From Paramecium tetraurelia (taxonomy: Eukaryota), in the NCBI GenBank assembly GCA_000165425.1, contig CT867991.1, positions 62,001 to 126,000 on the forward strand: a stretch of 64,000 bases of DNA, read 5' to 3'. Below the pieces are notes generated by a model. It ran no database searches. It was not told the origin of the DNA and was given only the letters and a program-made list of their open reading frames with translations. Each line of letters opens with the position of its first letter. Within the stretch, counting starts at the first letter, position 1. This document shows, one piece after another, positions 55,557-64,000 of the stretch. The translations under genes were made by a program, and so were the position numbers.

Positions 55557-56208
55557 ATGAATTAACTCTTTTTATTCATAACCATTCTTGGAATCGTAAC
55601 AGCCATTCCTAAGAAATTTATGAAGATCGAGGAATCAAACTCAAATGAAAACTAAATTGAAGTTAAAGATTCTATAGATAAGTAGAACAAAATTACATAG
55701 AAATAGAATGATATTATATTAATCGATCAGATCACGGATTGGGAACTGGCAAAGAAAGCCTTTGTTAACCAACTTCAGGACATTTATGATTATTGTTAAG
55801 TTATCCTACTTAATCAAGAATTGGTTGGATTCATTTTAGTTTTAATTATTAGCTACTCGTTTTATTTGATGATTAAATAAGAAGACATTAAATTAAAGCA
55901 AAAGAGCAAGAATTCACAACAACAGCAACAAAGAAAACTCAATAGCAATCCATAAACTATTTAAATTCTTTCGGATTCCCTTGAACAGAAGAATTAAGCA
56001 TTACCACAAATGTCAACTATACATGGCTCAATTTGTTATGCTGAAAGAGTGTTTATATTTTTACAATATTGTTTTTAGAAATAAAACCATCGATGACTTG
56101 ATTGTTAATGAAAAAGGAATCCTCCAAAGGTCCAGCTCCCATCCACTTTTGAATAAGCAGGATCAATCAGTCGAAGAACTTAATTGCCTATTGAGAGATA
56201 TAAACTGA
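55557..56208 (+). CDS. Type I membrane hypothetical protein
   Basis: Signal peptide MNQLFLFITILGIVTA, TM LVGFILVLIISYSFYLMI, one intron at ~56051-56078. Confidence 0.7.
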
Positions 56209-56221
56209 AAGAAAACAAAAT

Positions 56222-56817
56222 TCAATTATAATACATTTCCAAGCACATTTCATGCTTTATTTCATAATCCTCTATAGTGATATGATCCTTAAACACCATA
56301 TGTTATTTCTATAGTCTGATCTTCTCAGGTCTAACACCAATCTTGGCAGCAATCAATTTTTTGAGATCTCCAATCTTGTCTTGAGGACAACACTTGATTC
56401 TCTCCTTCTTGCCCAATCTGTCATTGACCAAGATTTCGATCATCCTGGGTGCCTAAGGATTGTTAAGTAAAGAAGGATTGACTGCCTTCACAGGAGCCAC
56501 AATGTTCTTTTTCATAATCTATGATAATCAAATGATTTTCGTACTTCTTCATAAATATTCAAGGGAGTCTTGACTTTTAGTCCAGTGTATCCAACCTTCT
56601 TTTTCCACTGTTCTAATTTTTCTTCATCCTCTTGCCTTTCCTTTTTGATAATTTCCAAAACATCTAATCCTGCTTATACTGACTTTTATCCTATGTCTAC
56701 TTTATCTTTTCTCCAATCCTTAGATTCATTCTCACCATCTTTTGGTTTTTATTTGTCAGATTTATGTTTCTTTTTTTCATGCGATCTTGATCTGCTTCTA
56801 CTTTTGTGTTTGCCCAT
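56222..56817 (-). CDS. UBL5: Hub1/UBL5 ubiquitin-like domain with a 116-aa N-terminal RS/charged extension
   Basis: C-terminal 73 aa [36 protein letters not shown]...[23 protein letters not shown]. The upstream frame is open to [12 protein letters not shown] via intron 56519-56544. Confidence 0.9.
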
Positions 56818-56850
56818 TTGAATAAAATTAATAATTAAAAATACTATATG

Positions 56851-57627
56851 TCATTCTAGATTCAATGCTATTCTCTTCTATATTATCAATTCCGATTGCT
56901 CCTTTTCAAATTCTTCCATCCTTTTGAGTTTATTTTACCCCTCAATCAGCCGTTCATGCATCGCTTAAATCTTTTAGTTCTCCTTCTACAATTTCATTCT
57001 AATTTATGACTTTAATGAGATGATCTCCTCCAAGGCCAATTACAATTGATTTATGTCTATTTTTTATCTAAAAATTTCCCGAATGATTTTTAGTTCTCTG
57101 CAATTATGAACCTAACAAAACCCTTATGTGTTTTTATCCGAATGTTCAATAATTTCATGAATTGTCTCTGAATTACTACTCGTTAAAGAGGCGAATGAAA
57201 TATCCGAGAAGTCGTCCTCCTTCAATAAATATATTTATTAAGGATTTTAGTCTGGTTGGAATTTAGCCTTAGTTTAAATACTGCATTCGTTTTCACTCGA
57301 CTGCTTGCTTAATTTCCTAATTGTATTTTTTGATCTTGATTAATCACTTATCTTTGATAGCGAATTTTTATGCATCCCTGTCAATTACTGCAATCGCTCC
57401 TTGTATAGAGCATAGTCCCGCTGAGAATATCCCTTTCTCCAAAGTTCAACGACTTCCTGCGAAAATTCTATTAATCTCCTATTCAATTAATTAAAATCTA
57501 CTTTCAAGTCAGCCAACTAAATAGTTCTTGACATTACACATACCTTTTCAGCCTCCATTTAGGCATTATGAAGTTAATCTATAACCTTATTGATCAGAGA
57601 CATTCTTAAATTGCTGTCATAAAGCAT
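56851..57627 (-). CDS. Coiled-coil hypothetical protein
   Basis: MLYDSNLRMSLINKVIDQLHNAQMEAEK| intron.., TGA 56851-56853. Confidence 0.7.
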
Positions 57628-57868
57628 CTTTGTATGAATATTAAATTTATTTCAAAAATAATATAAGCACATCTTCAATGCGTATAAACTAATATTTTAA
57701 TATAAATATTATATTAATATTATAATTTTTATAAAATAAACTTTTTGTTTACATTAAGATATAAATAAATAATGCGAATTTAAATGCAATTTTTCTATTA
57801 GACTTTGATTCAAATGGGATAACAAATTAAAATAATCTTAATAAATTAAATATTTTTTATTAAAACTC

Positions 57869-58084
57869 ATGGACCAATAAAATAAAAACAATCAAAGCAA
57901 AAATGACAAAAATGAATAATAACCAAAACAAAAGGATGAGCCTATCAAGCCTCAAAAACGTGAAAGAATGGTAATGAAGATGCAAACTGGTATAGACGGT
58001 ATGAACTTTGAGGGAATGGCTGAAGAATCTGAATTAAGGGATAAAGTATCAAAGGCCGTTCAGCAAGTTCTTCAATCATCGTGA
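57869..58084 (+). CDS. Small hypothetical protein (71 aa; 3' end uncertain)
   Basis: MDQQNKNNQSK...RMVMKMQTGIDGMNFEGMAEESELRDKVSKAVQQVLQSS*. Confidence 0.5.
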
Positions 58085-58421
58085 GAAATGAATTATAATA
58101 ATATTTTACATATAGAAAAATTTAAATCACATAAGGTTTTCTTTGGCTACAATCTGCTTGCATAACATAATATTATAGAATCGATTTATCAGAATTGAGA
58201 AGAATAGGATTCTGAGAGTAACATAATAGCTTGCAATCTTGGCATCTATGAGACCAATAAATATTTTAGAGCTATTTCACTATTATTTAAAATAATTATG
58301 ATACCACATATTAATGTTAATATATTATTATATAAGAGATTAAGGCTTTAATACATTTATAAATTTATTCAATTAATATTTATTCAAGGATATGTGTAAA
58401 CAATATACAAATTTTATTGGA

Positions 58422-59234
58422 TCATTTACAGAAATTCGAGTAGACTCTTTGCATTCTCCTGTCTACTTATAATAAAGGAGGTAATCTATTGATTTTAGCA
58501 GCTTGTTAATTCACTTTTAATGGGGATTCCGCAATTGATGTCGGAACGCTGTTATTCCGAATTTTGAGCAATCTGCAGATCCTTACATCGTTATATTTAA
58601 ATGATTAATAAACTGGGCTTTTCTTAAATTTATCATCTTCTGATCTTTTTGTTTTGGATTCTTGTTTATCTTATGCATCGATATATTCTGCGAATGTGGA
58701 TAATTTAAATTAATTTTCGCCATTTCTTCTTCTTCGTTTGGTGGTATCAAGATGGATCTTAGGAGTTCCCAAATAAAGGAGTCTGGTTTAGAGATTTAAT
58801 TTTAATTGTTCTTATCGATGTTTTTAGTATCTCATTAAAAAAATAACGAGGATTATATATCTTCTCCATAGTTTTCTAATTCCTGCTCTCGAATGCATTT
58901 TTATGGAATGATAAGGCAAGGATAGAAGAATGTGAGAAATTCTTTAATTGAGATGACCTTCTTAAGAATTTTGGGAACTTCTAGATCTTACATAGTATTT
59001 GATTCTATATATATATCTGGATGAATACTTAGAGAATTTCGAAATCTTATCGTTACATTCAAATAGCTTATTTAATTAAGATTACAATGGTATATTAACT
59101 TTTGACAACTGTTTTTTGATAACAAAACGAGATTTCTGGTTGTTGCATCTTAAATTGATGGAGGATTTATTAAATTGTTTCAAAAACTGGTAATCAAGAT
59201 CCTTCTGATACTATTGTCTCAGCTTTCTGAACAT
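58422..59234 (-). CDS. Basic hypothetical protein
   Basis: MFRKLRQQYQKDLDYQFLK.., one intron, IRKLWRRYIILVIFLMRY, TGA 58422-58424. Confidence 0.7.
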
Positions 59235-60043
59235 AATAATTATAAAATAGAATATGAACGTAAAATATTATTAATGTATTATATTTTAATCGCGTCAGCC
59301 GATTACCTTTTCAGTTCTTTAGTAATACAAAGAGCAATGTATCATTTTGGTTAGTTATCGTGAAACCTGAAAAATATTAACAAATTCTGAATTTTTAATT
59401 ATTTCTTTATGATATAAGGAATATCAGATTACATTTCTAAGCTCTATTAACTGGAAAATTTGTATTAGATCGATTTAATTCACTGTATAAAATCTGTTCA
59501 TAAATTGATCATTTTATTAATTCAATTAACTTATTGAAATCTAGATGTTTTTATTATCTGAATTATTGAATTAATAGACCTAGAAATGGATACACATCAT
59601 TTGTGACTAATTTTCACTGATCTTTTTAGAAAAATATAATAAAATTGAATAAATAAAATAGTTTTAATTGAGAATTAAAAGAATATTGATTTCTTCAATT
59701 TTGATTAATATTAGTTTATCGATATAATTTACAAATCCTCTTTGAATTAAATGTTCTATAATTCAAATATAGAAAATTCACTTTGCTTCCTTCTTTGCAC
59801 TTGTTTTTTTATGATTTCTATTAATTATAAATTTGATTTACATACTTAGAGTATGTTGCATGAAAAAACCCCTATTTTATTACAATGAACTAGTAAATGG
59901 CATCACTCTCATATTTTGGAATTAATTTTAACAAGAATTTGTTTGTATACAAATTGATAACTGTTTAATGTGATATCTCAATATTATGTAACAAAGAAAT
60001 AATAAACTTATTTATATATTATTGTATTGTACAATTATGTAAA

Positions 60044-60458
60044 TCATTAGACTTTTGTGATTTCTGTTTTAAGGTTTGCGAATGAATCTACTGGAACGTG
60101 CTATGCAAGGGTATAGTATTTTCCTTTTCCATCATCTTCTTCCTTCTTCTTTCTTTGGAGTCTGCATAGGATAAGTCAATTGAATATACCTGACTCTGAT
60201 TCTTCTTGGCAAATTGCGGATTCCTGTCTTCCAAATTTCTTCATTCAATTATGGATCAACTCTTACATCTTCTGTTAACATATTTTTTTGAGCTTTTCTA
60301 TTAATCTTGACTCACATACCAAATCTAATAATGTGACTGACAGCACGGGGAGCCTTTCTCTTGAAAGTTTCCTTGTGAACAGCCTTGTGAAGATTAATAG
60401 TATAATCTCTGCTCACTTCGCCTAGTGGATTTTGCTTTCCCTTTTCCTTTTTGCCCAT
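60044..60458 (-). CDS. RPL31: 60S ribosomal protein L31 (eL31)
   Basis: [53 protein letters not shown]. Two introns. Confidence 0.97.
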
Positions 60459-60569
60459 AAATTAAAATAAAATCTTTGATATATTTTTTAAATTTAATAG
60501 AGTCTTATACAAGAACTCATTCAAGGGGAGTGTGGGAATCATCTAAGATCTAAGTAATAAACAAATTAT

Positions 60570-62888
60570 TCATTTTTCAATCTGCTATTTGAAGTCCTTA
60601 ATTTATTATTCAATGTGTGAGATCATTTTCTTTTTATCCTTCCTCCTGAAGAATGTCAGAATACCCAACAATAATGACTGTTCCTAATCTAGGAAATAGA
60701 TGTGGAACAGACTCTAAATCCCTGATTGCATTTCAACATAGTGAGTTTGAGATACAAATAAACCAATGGCGAATCCCATGGCCAATCCTGGATAGATTGA
60801 AAATAACTAATCAGAATACAGCAATCTCTAGATCACATAAATTATCATAGTAGCAAGCAAACTGATAAAGTATTGATTGAGCTATCCATACACTTGAGAC
60901 ATTTAAATCATTCTCTTCTGATGGACAGGCAATATCATCCCATTTAACTGCTCGACTATCTCGATGGCATGTTTGAATGTGCAATTCTTAAGCGAAAGCT
61001 AATAATAGGATTGAGTGTGTTACAATAGTGGAGAATTAATTCAATGAAGAATAATGATTGTAATCCTGCAAGTAAAATTTTAATTTAAGTTTCTTGTTGA
61101 TCATACTAAACAGATTCCAGACATTAACAAAATAATCTGTGAAGAAAATGATCGAACTTTAAGCTACTACACTTCCCAAATTATAAATTAGTGTTTTCTT
61201 TTGAGGAATTTTGAAGTTTTGTGTTTAGTCCAATTCATTCTATTGAATTAATGCTAATCCATACCATTCCAAAAACAATGAACTTGTAAAGAAACTCAAT
61301 AAATTATCAATCAAAAAATAACAGTATTTCAGTGAGACTATTAGATAAATGCCCAAACAATATTGAGTAAAGGATAAAGCATTCGTAAATATTTGTTTAT
61401 GATTTCCAAAATCTGGTGGAGATAATGTAGCCATGAATGTGTAAAAGTATGATATGAAGATTAAAAACTTTAGAAAATTAGTGAATATCAGAACTGAGAC
61501 CATTCTCTATGATTTTTGAAATTTCCTCATCAATTTCAATCCAATAAACAACAATTTAATTTCATTATTCAGCTTATAAAACAAATAAGCCATTATATAG
61601 AAAACCATCACAAGAATGATTGACATCAATAAGGCCAATGTTGGATTTGGTTTTGAAGTATGCTCCAAAACAAAGGCATAATCAACTGTCATGGTAGCTA
61701 TTTATCTATATAAATAATAAAGAATCAATTTACGTGTCGAAAGATCCTATGTTAATCAACTTTATGAATTTATGAAAAAAATAGATTCCTGCAATGCCAA
61801 TCAACAGAATGAGTAAAACACATGACACATATATTTTTTACATTCTTACCTTTATCAATTTGTCCAATATTACTTTTAGAAATATAGTCACCAAATAAGT
61901 TGCGAACACTGGATATCTCATTACCCACAAATCAGAGATGCATGATTAAATCAACTCAAAATTGTAGATTTCCGAAGTCTAATAGAAGTAATTCATAGTC
62001 TTCGGAATACAAACACTGTATTAATCTAAATTATATATAAGGATCAATCTACATCTGAAAGTCGAATATATAATGAAATCCTTGTTTGGATTTGATATGT
62101 TTATCTGTGAATTGCATGTCTTGATTAAATGATTACTCAAACAATCCACCTACTTCTGTTCGTCATCTGGACATTGTGATACACACACTCTTTGATATAA
62201 ATACTCTTTCATTGGATTGTTCAAATAAATGAAGGGATAGCTTTCTGCTTTACCATAACCACAAAGCGTGCCTAATTTAGATAATACGATATTACCATCC
62301 AAATCAATGCCTTTGTTCCATCTTCCCAAATACTAATATCCTTAGTTATTGAGAATATATGTACAGTATAAGACAGTTTAGAAAACACTAATCAGAATCA
62401 AGAAATAAACCCATTTGATATCTCTTTTGTAAAATTAGTTAGATTTGTATTAATTGAGTAAGTTATTCCTATAATCTTGATATAGCTTACTAAAAATTAG
62501 TTTAAGATCTATCTGAGCTATGAAACTCTCCATTATAGACTGCTTATTGATATAATCTCTGCTGAAGATAGGTTTTACCTGTAGAATCAATTAGATGATG
62601 AGCACTATGATTTTATAATGTAAGTTGAGGTTCGAAAACATGAATTGATGGTGGTGTTGATCGATTCAAATTTTGGTTAGCTTATCTCTGCACATCTTCG
62701 TGTTTCTTATCAGTTTCGATGACCTTGATTAAATCAATTTTTGTTTGCTTATTGTCTGAAATCTCAATAAATAAATTATTCCCTGATGGAGTCTATTGAA
62801 TCACTGTTTTTTCTTGAAAGAGATACTGCGATGAATTTTCGAATACTCTATGAGAGATCTCTTATTCTACGATTTATTCAGGTTGCAT
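60570..62888 (-). CDS. Choline transporter-like (CTL/SLC44) multi-pass membrane protein
   Basis: GIDLDG|TLCGYG..YPFIYLNNP..RVCVSQCP ectodomain, many TM helices, several introns. Confidence 0.75.
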
Positions 62889-63167
62889 TCAAAAATATAA
62901 ACTCGCTAATGAAAATTAAAATATTGTTATTTATTCATTAATTTGTAATTCATATGCTATTAAACAGTTATAAAGAATTTTCATTTTTCATAAGCCATTA
63001 ATTAGAATGAATATCATGAATGTGCAGCATTGATGATTGGATTCAAAAGTAGAGGGGGGAAATGAAGCAGTTTAGGAAGAACAGAACAATAAATATTTAA
63101 ATTTAGAGGGAACATTTTGTATTAAATAATATTTTAATAATTAAAAGTGCAATTATTTCTTCTATTG

Positions 63168-64000
63168 ATGTTACCAACAAATAAAATTGATTAAGGAGAA
63201 ATTATGCTGCAGATATCGCAAAGAGAACAGGAATTGTAAAATCAACAATCGAGTGCTTTAATTCAATTCTCATCTAATCCTATTTGCAATGATAATGCTA
63301 CCATTTAAATCTCCAGGTTGGATCAAGAGGGTGAGACAATACAATAGCATTCTCATCAAGTAGAAACATAACATAAAGAAGGTTTAAATGATAACTCATT
63401 GGAGAACTAAAACATTGATTTTGATTCTGCAAGCTACTCTCATTTATAAGTCGCTGATGAGCAGAATCAATACAATACAAAAAGATAAGAGTTACAATAG
63501 GCAGTCAAAAAGGAAGACGTACAAATTCAATTCAATATTGCAACTAACAATCTTTAATAGAGTAATAGTCAGAAATCCATATCAATTATAAAATTTGATG
63601 ACAATTCCGAAGTTAGGAACAATGGTTAAACAGGTAAAACTTAAGTTAATATCCAGAATCAAAACCAATTGCACATTATATCTTGATTCCAGTTTATTAA
63701 AGAAAATAGAATTTTCAAGACAATAATCCATAAGAAGAATCAGATTTTCAACAGCTTGACTAAAATCCAAATTGTCCCATTTGCAGTTCAAATTTTGAGA
63801 GAATCGTCAGACTTTTAGAATGTGAACACATGTTTTGCGAGTATCAATTTATCATATTCCAAAGGAGTTGCTACAAAGAATACTTAGAAGACAGAATCAA
63901 AATTGCCAAAATACATAATATTCCTTGTTTACAAGAAGGATGCACAATCCTTTTTTCAGAAGATGTGATTAAATCCATTGTGAGTGAGTAGAAATTCCAA
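63168..64000 (+). CDS. RBR (RING-IBR-RING) E3 ligase, 3'-truncated; start uncertain
   Basis: CPICSSNFERIVRLLECEHMFCE|SCYKEYLEDRIKIAKIHNIPCLQEGC is an RBR RING1. Confidence 0.8.

Larger units (their letters stand above)
1..64000. other. Ciliate (Paramecium-like) macronuclear DNA using genetic code 6 (TAA/TAG=Gln, TGA=stop) with ~22-31 nt GT-AG introns
   Basis: Conserved proteins (RPL13A, RPL31, REV3, MAPK, acyl-CoA synthetase) read through in-frame TAA/TAG and end at TGA. Frames are restored by removing tiny GT..TAG/AAG/CAG introns. Confidence 0.97.

Noticed and set aside
63007..63167. Tandem in-frame TGA TGA upstream of the RBR gene as selenocysteine or recoding
   Set aside because: No redox motif or SECIS evidence; more simply non-coding or an uncertain 5' end.
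1..64000. Many in-frame TAA/TAG suggesting mass pseudogenisation
   Set aside because: They are Gln codons of the ciliate code; ribosomal proteins contain them too.

Overview
AT-rich, gene-dense eukaryotic DNA that reads as ciliate macronuclear sequence, most likely Paramecium. TAA/TAG encode Gln, TGA is the only stop, and introns are tiny (about 22-31 nt, GT..AG). The supplied standard-code ORF track therefore fragments almost every gene, so I re-translated genes by hand with code 6; coordinates are hand-derived. About 35 genes are supported. Recognisable ones are a Mrc1/Claspin-like fragment, an importin-alpha-like protein, a MAP3K, MAPK15/ERK7, two TM RING-H2 E3 ligases, MORN5, PP2A scaffold A, an ACSF2-like ligase, CEP19, REV3 (Pol zeta), an STPG/SHIPPO protein, a ~2300-aa SZT2-like protein, RPL13A, RPL31, a CTL/SLC44 transporter and an RBR E3. 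Most unusual: (1) Hub1/UBL5 fused behind a 116-aa RS/charged N-terminal extension; (2) an intact but shrunken, catalytically dead glycogen-branching-enzyme homolog; (3) a ~1080-aa secreted, GPI-type procyclin-like Glu/Pro repeat protein; (4) a KICSTOR SZT2-like gene in a ciliate; (5) intergenic gaps as short as 10-33 nt; (6) several splice and frameshift oddities. I saw no tRNA, rRNA, CRISPR array, transposon or telomere array.
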